In this document: positions 27,619-38,164 of the stretch, piece by piece
Layout of the letters: every line of letters starts with the position of its first letter
Numbering within the stretch: the first letter of the stretch is position 1
Source: Bacteroidales bacterium
GTDB lineage: Bacteria > Bacteroidota > Bacteroidia > Bacteroidales > WCHB1-69
Direction of reading: 5' to 3'
Assembly: GCA_016288655.1 (NCBI GenBank)
Contig: JAEEKX010000003.1
Location: forward strand, 6,037 to 70,036
DNA length: 64,000 nt
Translations under genes and position numbers: made by a program
The notes under the pieces: generated by a model
What the model was told of the DNA's origin: nothing
The model's database searches: none
What the model saw: only the letters and a program-made list of their open reading frames with translations

Positions 27619-28000
27619 ATTGGGAGGGTTCGCAGGATGTGCAAGGGTGCTTGTGGATGGATTTCAGTTTTCCGATGCTCGAATCGTAATGGTATCAAGG
27701 CGATGCCGTTCGCGTCGGTCCCCATGGGAGGGTTGTCCCATTACCGCTTTGTTCGCTCCCTTGACTTTTATGATTTTGAGCGTGCAAAGATACGATTATT
27801 TTGAAATACGGGGAGTGGTGGGAGACCTTGTTGCGCACTCCTACAAACCGTCATCGTGGCGCTTTCAGCGAGGATGTCGTTGATGAGTATTTACGATGAT
27901 GTTGGAAAGTTGCGTAAAATTTGAAAAAGGACTTTATTTTGGGGATAAGCATTTTTTTTGTAATTTTGTCGCGCTTTTTGCATGCACAAGTGGTTAAAAA

Positions 28001-31000
28001 ATGGAACAATACGGTCCAAAAATCATTTTTTTTGACACGGAAGTGACGCTAAAGGACAAAAAAGTCAAGGATATTGGGGCAGTCAGTTCCGAAAATGTTG
28101 CTTTCCACTCGTCATCCAAGATCGCATTTATATCATACATTGCAAATGCCCAATATTTATGTGGACATAATGTCGTACACCATGACCTGAGGTTCCTCCA
28201 TTTGGACAATCTTCCTCAGGTGATTGATACACTTTATCTTTCTCCGCTACTGTTTCCGAAAAGGCCCTATCACTCCTTGTTAAAGGAGGATAAGTTGCAA
28301 GTGGATGAACTGAACAATCCAGTAAACGACAGCGAGAAGGCACGCAACCTTTTCTACGATGAAGTCAATGCATTTTTGTCTCTTCCGGCTGAATTGCAGT
28401 CCATTTTTTATGGTCTTTTGAATAAAGAAGCAGAGTTTTCGGGCTTCTTTCATTATATGAAGAATGCCCACAACTGGATGCCTGTCATCAGGGGAGAGAG
28501 TCAGTTGACGGGTTTCATCGGTTCTTTTTTTACGGGGAAAATATGCGCACATGCTGATTTGTCGTTGTTGATTAGAAACGCGGCGGTTGAGTTGGCATAT
28601 ACTTTGGCTCTTGTTTTTGCTGATGACACACACTCAATCACACCCTATTGGTTGGTAAGAAATTATCCTCAAATCGAGTATGTGATGAAAGTGCTGGTGG
28701 GAACTCCTTGTGTTGACGGGTGTGACTACTGTTCAAGGCATTTCAACATCCATGCTGGATTGAAGCGGTTTTTTGGGTATGATGGATTCCGTCTTTTTGA
28801 TGGAGAGAATTTACAGGAACGTGCGGTTCAGGCGGCGGTGGATGGACAGTCGTTGTTGACGGTTTTTCCCACGGGCGGGGGCAAGTCGCTTACATTTCAG
28901 TTGCCGGCGCTGATGGCCGGAGAGAGCGAGCACGGACTGACGGTGGTGATCTCTCCATTGCAGTCGTTGATGAAGGATCAGGTGGATGGCCTTTATCAGC
29001 GGGGCATTTTGGATGTTGTCACGATCAATGGAATGTTGGATCCTGTGACTCGAGCCGATGGATTCAACCGGGTCCGCGACGGCTCGGCGTCGTTGCTTTA
29101 TATCGCGCCCGAGATGTTGCGCTCGAAGACGCTGGAACGGCTTTTGCTCTCGCGTCACATCACCCGTTTCGTCATTGACGAGGCGCACTGTTTCTCTGCT
29201 TGGGGACAGGATTTCCGTGTCGATTATCTATACATTGCTGATTTTATCCGCAAATTGCAGGAACAGAAACAGTTGAAGACACCCATTCCCGTCTCTTGTT
29301 TCACGGCCACAGCCAAGCCCAAGGTGATCGCAGACATTTGCGACTATTTTAAGTCAAAACTCAATCTTGAGCTGCAATTATACGCCACCACATCCACCCG
29401 CAAGAACTTGCGTTATGTGGTACAATATGTTGAGACAGAAGAGGAAAAGTACAATGTGCTGCGCAATCTCATCTCTGGCCGTGATTGTCCGATCATCGTA
29501 TATGTGTCTCGTACTCGCAAGGCGGTGGAAATAGCCGAACATTTGCAAAGAGACGGCATTTCGGCACTGCCGTTCCATGGCAAGATGGACACAAAAGAGA
29601 AGGTTGACAACCAAAACCGTTTCATCCAAGATGAGATTCAGGTCATCGTGGCCACGAATGCCTTCGGAATGGGAGTTGACAAGTCTAATGTGGGATTGGT
29701 GATTCACTACGACATTTCGGATTCGTTGGAGAATTACGTGCAGGAGGCGGGACGTGCTGGCCGCGATCCCAATACGAGTGCGCAATGTTATATTCTCTAT
29801 AATGAAAGCGATCTGGACAAGCATTTCATCTTGCTTAACCAGACCAAGTTGAGCATGGCGGAGATACAGCAGGTGTGGAAGGCGGTCAAAAGTCTTACTC
29901 GTCGCCGTCCTGAAGTCACCTGCTCCGCATTGGAGATCGCGCGACAGGCAGGCTGGGACAGCAATGTCGGCGATGTTGAGACGCGAGTCAAAACGGCCAT
30001 CTCCGCTTTGGAGACAGCCGGCTATCTGAAACGCGGCACCAATGTGCCTCATGTGTATGCCACCAGCATCCAAGTGAAAAATATGGACGAGGCCCACAAG
30101 AGACTGATGAACTCGCATCTGCTTGATGAACGTGGGCGACAGAATGCGGTCCGCATCATCAAATCGCTCATCTCGTCGCGGAGTGTCGCCCAGGCTCAAG
30201 GTGAAGATGCGGAATCGCGCGTGGATTATCTGGCTGACATGCTGGGTTTGGAAAAGGAGGATGTGATTCGTGCCGTCAACACCATGCGACTGGAGGGAAT
30301 CCTTAGCGATGAGCAGGATATCTCAGCTTACATTATGCCGAAAGACACCCGCGAAAAATTACGGTCATCACTGGATACATTCTCTCGTCTTGAACGCTTT
30401 TTGCTGTCGCAAATACCGGAGAGTGGCGCTGAGGTCCAATTGAAGGAGTTGAATGAAAAAGCTCAAACCGCCGAACTTCGCAATTCTTCTGTCAAAAATT
30501 TCAGAACGATCATCTATTTTCTCAAACTCAAGGGCTATTTTCGCAAAGAGGGTGGAATTGCGTCGGATACCATGCGACTCTCGCCCTGTTATGAGATGTC
30601 CAAGCTCCGCGATAGATCTGTCAAAAGGATAGAACTCTGCCGTTTTATTATAGATCAACTATACCAAACCTACTTGGAACATTTTTCGACAGAAAAAGAC
30701 AGGCCGATTACGTTTTCTCTGTTGGGATTGATGCAGGCATACCAAAAACACATTCAAACACAACTATATACGGATCAAGTCACCCAACAAGTTACCCAAC
30801 AAGATGTTGAGGAGGCCCTGCTGTATTTATCCAAAATCGGTACTTTGAATTTGGAGGGAGGTTTCATGGTGTTGTATAATGCCATGCAGATCAAACGGAT
30901 CTCAGACAGCAGGCAATACAAGGTTGATGACTACCGGTTGTTGAATGAGTTCTATAAACAGAAGATGCAGCAGATTCATATCGTTGGAGAGTATGCCAAA

Positions 31001-32818
31001 CTGATGGTAAGCGACTATTCTGCCGCACTGCAGTTCGTTCATGACTATTTCTCTATTGACTTCAAGAAGTTTATTTCCAAGTATTTCAAAGGGGAAAGAC
31101 GCAATGAGATAGAACATAACATCTCGCCAACGAAATATCAGCAGGTTTTTGGAGCGTTGTCGCAGGTGCAACTTCAAGTAATCAACGACAAGACGTCAAA
31201 ATACATTGTGGTGGCGGCTGGTCCCGGGAGCGGAAAGACGAGACTGTTGGTGCACAAGTTGGCTTCTTTGCTGCTGATGGAGGATGTGAAGCATGAACAG
31301 TTGCTCATGTTGACTTTTTCGCGCGCTGCGGCAACGGAGTTTAAGAAACGTTTGGTGGATCTCGTTGGAGGTGCGGCGTACTTTGTGGAAATCAAGACAT
31401 TCCACTCTTTCAGTTTCGACCTGATGGGTAAAATCGGGAATCTGGATGATTCCAAGGATGTGGTGAAACATGCCACTGATATGATCCGTTCGGGTGCGGT
31501 GGAACCCGAAAAAATAGCCAAGACGGTTTTGGTGATTGACGAGGCCCAGGATATGAGCGGCGACGAGTTCGAGTTGGTGAAATCGCTAATGGAGCAGAAT
31601 GAGGAGATGCGCCTCATCGCCGTGGGCGACGACGACCAGAACATCTACGAATGGCGCGGCTCCAACTCATCCTATTTTCACTCATTGGTCACACAGTATC
31701 AAGCCACATTATATGAAATGGTCGATAACTACCGCAGTGAACGACGGATTGTGGATTTTGCGAATACTTTTGTTCGCAAAATAAAAAATAGGATGAAAAC
31801 CAATGAGATACATGCAATCCAAGAGGGTGGGGAAGTGTTGTGGATGGATTGTGACAGTCCCAATCTGGAAACTCCGGTGGCGGACCATTTGAAAGCCAAT
31901 CGACAAAGAGGCAAATGCTGTGTCTTGACGCTCAAGAATGAAGAGGCCTTCAGAATGCATGGCTTGCTGCTGAAGATGGGTATCCGTTCCAAACTCATTC
32001 AGTCAGTTGAGGGTTTTGCCTTCCATAATCTGGTTGAACTCCGCTATTTCGTGAAACAAATTGTGGATAGGGTCACTTCGCCTGTTATCAGCGATGAACT
32101 ATGGCAACAGGCAAAAGAAAAAACCGAGCGCAAATACAAAGACAGTTTGTGTTTGGATAATATTTTGAATTTTATTGCTGATTTTGAAGGAGTTAACAAG
32201 AAAAAGTACGTATCAGACCTATTTGAGTTCATTAAGGAGTCCAACTATGAGGATTTTTATGACGATGAGGATGACATGGTCTATATCTCAACCATCCATA
32301 AGGCAAAGGGACGGGAGTTTGATACGGTGTATATGATGATCAATCAGGCAAATACGATGACGGACGAGGAATGCCGTAAACTTTATGTCGGTATGACACG
32401 TGCCAAACGTGCCTTGTTTATTTATACAGATAACCATTTGTTTTCAGATATGCGGTTGTCGGCAGCCCTTCATTTCCATGATACGAGAGTTTATCCGGAG
32501 TTGGAGGAGATTGCGGTGCAGTTAACCCACAAGGATGTCTATTTGGATTTTTTCAAAGGAAAAAAGAGTGACATTTTGAAACTGCATAGCGGCAGTCCGT
32601 TGTATGTGGTTGATGGCGGTTTGAACGCGAAAGTGGAAGGCAGGGTGCTTCCGATGGTGCGTTTTTCTTCAAGATGCAGACAGAAATTGGAAGAGTTGAA
32701 GGAAAAAAGGTATGAGTTGGAGCGTGCGGAGGTGGCGTTTGTTGTGGCATGGAAAGGCGAGAACGACGCGGGTGAGTCGGCGGTGATACTGCCCCATCTT
32801 CACCTGCGCTTGCGATAG
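28001..32818 (+). CDS. Multidomain helicase: DEDD 3'-5' exonuclease-like + RecQ (SF2) + UvrD/Rep (SF1)
   Basis: N-terminal FFDTE...GHN...D...DTL. RecQ motifs PTGGGKS, VISPL.SLM.DQV, DEAHC.S.WG.DFR and QEAGRAGRD. UvrD motifs AGPGSGKT, DEAQD, GDDDQNIY.WRG, NYRS, TIHKAKGREF and YVGMTRAK. -7 box at 27961-27968. Confidence 0.9.
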   Translation: MEQYGPKIIFFDTEVTLKDKKVKDIGAVSSENVAFHSSSKIAFISYIANAQYLCGHNVVHHDLRFLHLDNLPQVIDTLYLSPLLFPKRPYHSLLKEDKLQVDELNNPVNDSEKARNLFYDEVNAFLSLPAELQSIFYGLLNKEAEFSGFFHYMKNAHNWMPVIRGESQLTGFIGSFFTGKICAHADLSLLIRNAAVELAYTLALVFADDTHSITPYWLVRNYPQIEYVMKVLVGTPCVDGCDYCSRHFNIHAGLKRFFGYDGFRLFDGENLQERAVQAAVDGQSLLTVFPTGGGKSLTFQLPALMAGESEHGLTVVISPLQSLMKDQVDGLYQRGILDVVTINGMLDPVTRADGFNRVRDGSASLLYIAPEMLRSKTLERLLLSRHITRFVIDEAHCFSAWGQDFRVDYLYIADFIRKLQEQKQLKTPIPVSCFTATAKPKVIADICDYFKSKLNLELQLYATTSTRKNLRYVVQYVETEEEKYNVLRNLISGRDCPIIVYVSRTRKAVEIAEHLQRDGISALPFHGKMDTKEKVDNQNRFIQDEIQVIVATNAFGMGVDKSNVGLVIHYDISDSLENYVQEAGRAGRDPNTSAQCYILYNESDLDKHFILLNQTKLSMAEIQQVWKAVKSLTRRRPEVTCSALEIARQAGWDSNVGDVETRVKTAISALETAGYLKRGTNVPHVYATSIQVKNMDEAHKRLMNSHLLDERGRQNAVRIIKSLISSRSVAQAQGEDAESRVDYLADMLGLEKEDVIRAVNTMRLEGILSDEQDISAYIMPKDTREKLRSSLDTFSRLERFLLSQIPESGAEVQLKELNEKAQTAELRNSSVKNFRTIIYFLKLKGYFRKEGGIASDTMRLSPCYEMSKLRDRSVKRIELCRFIIDQLYQTYLEHFSTEKDRPITFSLLGLMQAYQKHIQTQLYTDQVTQQVTQQDVEEALLYLSKIGTLNLEGGFMVLYNAMQIKRISDSRQYKVDDYRLLNEFYKQKMQQIHIVGEYAKLMVSDYSAALQFVHDYFSIDFKKFISKYFKGERRNEIEHNISPTKYQQVFGALSQVQLQVINDKTSKYIVVAAGPGSGKTRLLVHKLASLLLMEDVKHEQLLMLTFSRAAATEFKKRLVDLVGGAAYFVEIKTFHSFSFDLMGKIGNLDDSKDVVKHATDMIRSGAVEPEKIAKTVLVIDEAQDMSGDEFELVKSLMEQNEEMRLIAVGDDDQNIYEWRGSNSSYFHSLVTQYQATLYEMVDNYRSERRIVDFANTFVRKIKNRMKTNEIHAIQEGGEVLWMDCDSPNLETPVADHLKANRQRGKCCVLTLKNEEAFRMHGLLLKMGIRSKLIQSVEGFAFHNLVELRYFVKQIVDRVTSPVISDELWQQAKEKTERKYKDSLCLDNILNFIADFEGVNKKKYVSDLFEFIKESNYEDFYDDEDDMVYISTIHKAKGREFDTVYMMINQANTMTDEECRKLYVGMTRAKRALFIYTDNHLFSDMRLSAALHFHDTRVYPELEEIAVQLTHKDVYLDFFKGKKSDILKLHSGSPLYVVDGGLNAKVEGRVLPMVRFSSRCRQKLEELKEKRYELERAEVAFVVAWKGENDAGESAVILPHLHLRLR

Positions 32819-32846
32819 CTATTTCGCAATCTTGTTGAGCCGTCGG

Positions 32847-33923
32847 TTACAGTTTCACGATTTCTCCGATCTTGGCGACGATGAGCGGGATGCCGCTCTC
32901 TTGGGCGGCCTGCTGCTCGTTGCGGCGCGGCTCGTCCCAGGCGTGGCGTGCGAGGGCGTACTTCGAGTGGTGTACCGTGACGAATCGCTTGGGGTTCAGC
33001 GCGCGCACCTCTTCGCCCAACTGGTACGGCATGGTGTGGATCTGGTTCCACTGCTCGTTGTACTGGCCGTTCTCCATGATAGCGAGGTCGATGTCGGGAT
33101 ATTGCTTGCCGAAGCGGTAGAAGCGGTCGCTGTAGCCGCCGTCTCCGCTGTAGAAGACGGTGCGGGTGGGCGCCTCCACCAGCCATGAAGCACGCTGTGT
33201 GCGCATGGAACGCAGTCCGCGGCCGGAGAAGTGACGCGTGGGCAGACAACGGAAGACCATGTCTCCGTCGTTGGCCGACTCGTTGCAGTCCAACTCGATG
33301 AGTTTGTCTTCCGAAAAGCCCCAGCACTCGAAGTCCTCGCCCACACCTAACGGACAGACCACCTTGCCGATGCGGTCGCGGAGTTCGGTAACCGTTTGGT
33401 AATCGAGGTGGTCCCAATGGTCGTGGGAGATGACCAGATAGTCGATGCTGTCGGGCATCATGGAGGGCTTGTAGATGTCGGTGCCCGGGAAGGGCTTGTT
33501 GACGAAGGAGACGGGCGAGGCGTCGTAAAAGACGGGATCGACGAGGATGACCTTCCCGTCAAGTTGCAGCAGGAAGGAACTGTGTCCGAACCAGACGTAG
33601 CAGTCCTGGTTTTCGGGCAGTTTCTTGAGGTTGGAGATGACGAGTTCAATCTCGTTCTCCTGCGGCTTGAGGCGGTCGGATTTCTCCGCGGTGAGGAACT
33701 TCCACATCAGGGAGAATTTGCTCTCGTCGCCGCCGATTTTCGTGGGCGTCTCATTCTCGAGGATGCCCTCCTTGAAAAACACGGACTTCTCAATCCGTTG
33801 CTGACGTTCACCTTCGGGCAGTCGGCCGAATTTGGTCTGGCTGGTGAAGATGACGACGACGGCGGCGATGACGACCGCGATGATCAGCAGGGTGAGGAGC
33901 GTTTTCATGAGGAAGCGCGACAT
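32847..33923 (-). CDS. MBL-fold metallo-hydrolase (RomA/NAPE-PLD-like), membrane anchored
   Basis: W.GHSS, ISHDHWDHLD, RHFSGR, SGDGGY and H motifs; N-terminal TM helix. Confidence 0.9.
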   Translation of the reverse strand: MSRFLMKTLLTLLIIAVVIAAVVVIFTSQTKFGRLPEGERQQRIEKSVFFKEGILENETPTKIGGDESKFSLMWKFLTAEKSDRLKPQENEIELVISNLKKLPENQDCYVWFGHSSFLLQLDGKVILVDPVFYDASPVSFVNKPFPGTDIYKPSMMPDSIDYLVISHDHWDHLDYQTVTELRDRIGKVVCPLGVGEDFECWGFSEDKLIELDCNESANDGDMVFRCLPTRHFSGRGLRSMRTQRASWLVEAPTRTVFYSGDGGYSDRFYRFGKQYPDIDLAIMENGQYNEQWNQIHTMPYQLGEEVRALNPKRFVTVHHSKYALARHAWDEPRRNEQQAAQESGIPLIVAKIGEIVKL

Positions 33924-33985
33924 GGTGGAATTTTATTAAAAAGGCCTCAAATCGTGATGATTCAAGGCCAATTTGTTGTTGGGTG

Positions 33986-34066
33986 TGCCCGGGACAAGAG
34001 TCGAACTTGCACGTCTCTCGACACTCGCACCTGAAACGAGCGCGTCTACCATTCCGCCACCCGGGC
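33986..34066 (-). tRNA. tRNA-Leu(CAG)
   Basis: GCCCGGG acceptor stem, anticodon arm CTCGT-TT CAG GT-GCGAG, long variable arm, GTTCGACTC T-loop. Confidence 0.95.
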
Positions 34067-34072
34067 AAAGTG

Positions 34073-34387
34073 CTATTTGAGCGAGTCGATCAGTTTCACC
34101 AGGTCGTTCTTGCGCTGCAGGCCGACCAAGGTCTCAACGACTTCACCGTTTTTCAAGAAAACCAGCATCGGGATGTTGCGGACGCCGAACTGCATAGCGA
34201 TTTCGTTATTCTCGTCGGTGTCGCATTTGCCGATGACCACCTGGTCTTTGTACTCCTCGGAGAGCTCTTCCATGATCGGAGCGAGGGCGCGGCAGGGGCC
34301 ACACCACGTTGCCCAGAAGTCAATGATGACGAGTTTGTCACTCTTGATGACCTCTTCGAAGTTGCTGCTGTTGATTTCCAATGCCAT
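34073..34387 (-). CDS. trxA: Thioredoxin
   Basis: DFWATWCGPC active site. Confidence 0.97.
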   Translation of the reverse strand: MALEINSSNFEEVIKSDKLVIIDFWATWCGPCRALAPIMEELSEEYKDQVVIGKCDTDENNEIAMQFGVRNIPMLVFLKNGEVVETLVGLQRKNDLVKLIDSLK

Positions 34388-34572
34388 AACGGTGTTTTTT
34401 TATCGTTCAAAAAAGCGTGCAAAAATACAATTTTTTTCAATACGAAAATCGTCCTTTCTGAAATTTTTCATTTATGCTAAATATCAGCAGATTAAAAAAA
34501 CATTGTAATTTTGCAGTTTGAAACACACGGCGGCGGAAATGCTTTCAGAACCGTGGAAAATCATTTTTTGAG

Positions 34573-36168
34573 ATGAGAAAAAAAGTAGATTTCTTGGTCA
34601 TCGGCTCCGGCATCGCGGGGCTTTGTTTCGCCCTTAAGGCCGCCAACTACGGCAAGGTCTGCATGGTTACGAAGGCGAAAATCGACGATACTTCCACCAA
34701 ATATGCGCAGGGCGGCATCGCCGCGGTGATGTACAGTCCCGACACTTACGAGAAGCACATCCAGGATACCATGGTTGCGGGCGATGAACTGTCGGACCGC
34801 CACATCGTGGAGATCACAATCCGCGAATCGACCGAGCGCGTGATGGAGTTGGTGGAGTGGGGCGTCGATTTCGACAAGACGCAGTCGGGCAAGTTCGCCC
34901 TCGCCAAGGAGGGCGGTCACTCGGAGTTCCGAGTGCTGCACCACAAGGACATCACCGGCTACGAGATCGAGGAGAAGTTGATCATGGCTGCCCACAAGAA
35001 CCCCGACATCGAGATCCTTGACAACCACCTTGCCGTGGAGATCATCACCCAGCACCATCTCGGTATCGAGGTGAACCGCCACACCGACGGCATCACCTGT
35101 TACGGTGCCTATGTCTATAATCCCAAGACCAAGGAGGTTGACACCATCCTGTCGAAGGTGACGATGATGGCTACGGGCGGTATCGGCACGGTATATGGCA
35201 ACACCACCAACCCGACGGTGGCCACCGGCGACGGCGTGGCGATGGTCTATCGAGCCAAGGGTGCGGTGCGCGGCATGGAGTTCGTGCAGTTTCACCCCAC
35301 TTCGCTCTACAACCCCAGCGAGCGTCCGTCGTTTCTGATCACCGAGGCGATGCGCGGCGCCGGCGCCGTACTCAAGACTAAGGACGGCGAGGAGTTCATG
35401 CGCAAGTACGACAGCCGCGGCTCGCTGGCGCCGCGCGACATCGTGGCCCGTGCCATCGACACCGAGATGAAACTCGCCGGCGTCGATCATGTCTATCTCG
35501 ACACCACCCTCATCAAGCGCGAGGAGATGTTCGAGCACTTCCCCAACATCTACGCCAAGTGCCTCAGCATCGGTATTGACCCCACGAAGGAGATGATTCC
35601 CGTGGTGCCCGCCGCCCACTACTCCTGCGGCGGCATCCAGGTGGACGAGTGGGGCCGTTCCACCATCGACCATCTGTATGCCTCTGGCGAATGCGCATCC
35701 ACCGGGCTGCACGGCGCCAACCGTTTGGCATCCAACTCGTTGCTTGAAGCCCTCGTCTTTTCCCACCGTGCCTGTCTGAATGCCGTGCAGGCCATCGACA
35801 GCATCGGCTTCTGCGACGCCGTGCCCGACTGGAACATCGAGGGTACGGTCCCCAACGAGGAGATGGTGCTCATCACGCAGTCGATGAAGGAGGTGCAGAC
35901 GATCATGGCGAGCTACGTCGGCATTGTGCGGTCGAACCTGCGGTTGCAGCGTGCCTTCGACCGTTTGGAGATCCTTTATCGGGAGACGGAGGAGTTGTAC
36001 AAACGGTCGATTCTGATCCCGGAGATCTGCGAACTTCGTAATGTCATCAATGTCGGCTACCTTATCATCCGCAACGCAATGGCGCGGAAGGAGAGCCGCG
36101 GGCTGCACTATTCGCTCGACTACCCCGAGCACCGCGACGTGAGCCAGGTGACGGAGGACAAGTTGTAG
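34573..36168 (+). CDS. nadB: L-aspartate oxidase
   Basis: GSGIAGL, AQGGIA, EGGHS..R, QFHPT, LITEAMRG and GLHGANRLASNSLLE motifs. Confidence 0.96.
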   Translation: MRKKVDFLVIGSGIAGLCFALKAANYGKVCMVTKAKIDDTSTKYAQGGIAAVMYSPDTYEKHIQDTMVAGDELSDRHIVEITIRESTERVMELVEWGVDFDKTQSGKFALAKEGGHSEFRVLHHKDITGYEIEEKLIMAAHKNPDIEILDNHLAVEIITQHHLGIEVNRHTDGITCYGAYVYNPKTKEVDTILSKVTMMATGGIGTVYGNTTNPTVATGDGVAMVYRAKGAVRGMEFVQFHPTSLYNPSERPSFLITEAMRGAGAVLKTKDGEEFMRKYDSRGSLAPRDIVARAIDTEMKLAGVDHVYLDTTLIKREEMFEHFPNIYAKCLSIGIDPTKEMIPVVPAAHYSCGGIQVDEWGRSTIDHLYASGECASTGLHGANRLASNSLLEALVFSHRACLNAVQAIDSIGFCDAVPDWNIEGTVPNEEMVLITQSMKEVQTIMASYVGIVRSNLRLQRAFDRLEILYRETEELYKRSILIPEICELRNVINVGYLIIRNAMARKESRGLHYSLDYPEHRDVSQVTEDKL

Positions 36169-36185
36169 GAGGCAGCGCGTTGAAC

Positions 36186-36220
36186 AAAAAAAACGCCACC
36201 TTTTCGGGTGGCGTTTTTTT
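36186..36220. terminator. Bidirectional terminator between nadB and tsf
   Basis: AAAAAAAACGCCACC-TTTTCG-GGTGGCGTTTTTTT. Confidence 0.9.
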
Positions 36221-36238
36221 GTGTGACAGTTGGAAGGA

Positions 36239-37234
36239 TTATCCCAACTGGAAGCGGAAGAAGCCGGTGCAGGTGAGGTCCTTGTTGGTCTTCTTCATGA
36301 ATTCTTCGACGGACATCTTGCCTTCGCCGTAGTAATCCTGGGCGAGGAGGGTGTTCTCTTTGAAGAACTTGTTGAGACGGCCTTGGGAGATCATCTCGAT
36401 CTTCTTGGCTTGTTTCTCGAGGTTGGTCGTGGCTTCAGCCGTGGCGGCCGCCTTGATCTCGCGGGCTTGTTGTGCCTGCTCGGGGGTGATCCAACCCTTG
36501 GCGGTGTTGCTCTCGATATGGTCTTCGGAATCGACGTGTGCGGGGTTGATGCCGGCCTTGCGGATGGCGTTTTCCACGTACTTCTCGATCTCTTCGGCCT
36601 TGGTCTTCTCGATATAGACGGCGAGTTCGCGGGCCTTGACTTCATCGGAGATGCTGTCGGCGCTGAGGGCCATCGGGTTCATCGAGGCGATCTGGAGGGC
36701 CACTTCGTGGGCGGTCTCATCGACGCCGGTCATGTTGAAGCCGGCGATGGTGGCGAGGCGGTTGCCCATGTGGTTGTAAGCGGTGACGTAGGGGGCTTCG
36801 ATGACGTTGTAGGCGGGAAGTTCGATCTTCTCACCGGTCTTGCCCATGAGGTCCTGGATATGGTCGGCGATGGTGCGGCCGTCCACGTCGAGGGCGAGGA
36901 CTTCGTCGCGGGTCTTGGCATCGGCCTTGACGGCGAGGTTGATGAACTGCTCGCTGGCGGCGACGAACTCGGCGTTCTTGCCCACAAAGTCGGTTTCGCA
37001 ACTGAGCACAAGGATGTAACCCTTGGTGTTGTTGGCGTTGACTTTGGCGATGACGCGGCCCTGGTCGGCGGTGCGGTCGGCGCGTTTGGCGGCGACTTTC
37101 TGGCCTTTCTTGCGGAGAATATCGACGGCTTTGTCGAAGTCGCCTTCGGCTTCCACGAGGGCATTCTTGCAATCCATCATGCCGACGCCGGTCATTTTTC
37201 TCAGCTCGTTAACTTGTGCTGCTTTGATTTCCAT
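36239..37234 (-). CDS. tsf: Elongation factor Ts
   Basis: LRKMTGVGMMDCK.AL and CETDFV motifs; follows rpsB. Confidence 0.97.
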   Translation of the reverse strand: MEIKAAQVNELRKMTGVGMMDCKNALVEAEGDFDKAVDILRKKGQKVAAKRADRTADQGRVIAKVNANNTKGYILVLSCETDFVGKNAEFVAASEQFINLAVKADAKTRDEVLALDVDGRTIADHIQDLMGKTGEKIELPAYNVIEAPYVTAYNHMGNRLATIAGFNMTGVDETAHEVALQIASMNPMALSADSISDEVKARELAVYIEKTKAEEIEKYVENAIRKAGINPAHVDSEDHIESNTAKGWITPEQAQQAREIKAAATAEATTNLEKQAKKIEMISQGRLNKFFKENTLLAQDYYGEGKMSVEEFMKKTNKDLTCTGFFRFQLG

Positions 37235-37264
37235 GTGTTTATGAAATTAAAGGGTGATACGAAA

Positions 37265-38164
37265 TTATTTCTTGGTGGAGGTGACTCTGGTGGGGCCTCT
37301 CTTGATGGTGGGGCGTTTCTTGCGCTGGCCATCTTCGCCCTCTTCGGCGACGTCCTTCACTTTGCGTACGCCTTCGCGGGTTCTGCTCTCGCGGGTCTCC
37401 TCTTCGTCGATCTGGGTGTCCTCGTATTCGGCACCCTCTTCGTTCATCTCTTCGTCAACGTTGTTGTCCTTGTCGAGTTTGCGCTCGGCGAGGCCTTCGT
37501 TGATGGCGTCGCAGACGGCCTTGACGATGAGGGCGATGGACTTGGAGGCGTCGTCGTTGGCGGGGATGGGGAAGTCGACGAGGTTGGGGTTGGAGTTGGT
37601 GTCGACGATGGCGAGAGTGGGGATGTTGAGGCGGTGGGCCTCAGCCACGGCGATGTGTTCCTTCAGGATATCGACGATGAACACGGCGGCGGGCAGTCTC
37701 GAAAGGTCGGCGATGGAGCCGAGGTTCTTGTCGAGTTTCGCTCTTTCGCGCTGGATCTGCAATTTCTCTCTCTTGGAGATCTTGTCGAACAGGGGGCCGG
37801 ACATGAGGCGGTCGATGTCGCTCATTTTCTTGATGGCCTTACGGATGGTGAAGAAGTTGGTGAGCATGCCGCCAGGCCAACGTTCGGTGACGTAGGGCAT
37901 GCCGGTCTCCTTGACCAGTTCGGCGACGGTGTCTTTCGCCTGCTTCTTGGTGGCGACGAAAAGGATCTTGCGGCCGGACTTCGCGATCTGCTTGGCGGCG
38001 GCGCAGGCCTCTTCCAACTTGTCGGCGGTCTTGTGGAGGTCGATGATGTGGATACCGTTCTTCTCCATGAAGATGTACGGTGCCATCTGGGGGTTCCATT
38101 TTCTTCTCAGGTGCCCGAAGTGACAACCGGCATCCAATAATTGTTCAAAGGTAACTTGTGCCAT
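37265..38164 (-). CDS. rpsB: 30S ribosomal protein S2
   Basis: AGCHFGH...WNP.M, RWPGG.LTN, DTN and PANDD motifs. Confidence 0.98.
   Translation of the reverse strand: MAQVTFEQLLDAGCHFGHLRRKWNPQMAPYIFMEKNGIHIIDLHKTADKLEEACAAAKQIAKSGRKILFVATKKQAKDTVAELVKETGMPYVTERWPGGMLTNFFTIRKAIKKMSDIDRLMSGPLFDKISKREKLQIQRERAKLDKNLGSIADLSRLPAAVFIVDILKEHIAVAEAHRLNIPTLAIVDTNSNPNLVDFPIPANDDASKSIALIVKAVCDAINEGLAERKLDKDNNVDEEMNEEGAEYEDTQIDEEETRESRTREGVRKVKDVAEEGEDGQRKKRPTIKRGPTRVTSTKK

Noticed and set aside
26524-34066. Genomic island integrated at the tRNA-Leu 3' end carrying the helicase
   Set aside because: No integrase, and I found no duplicated tRNA 3' end (att site) to the left.
36239-37234. ~55-aa insertion in EF-Ts
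   Set aside because: Known feature of Bacteroides-type EF-Ts (~330 aa); not novel.
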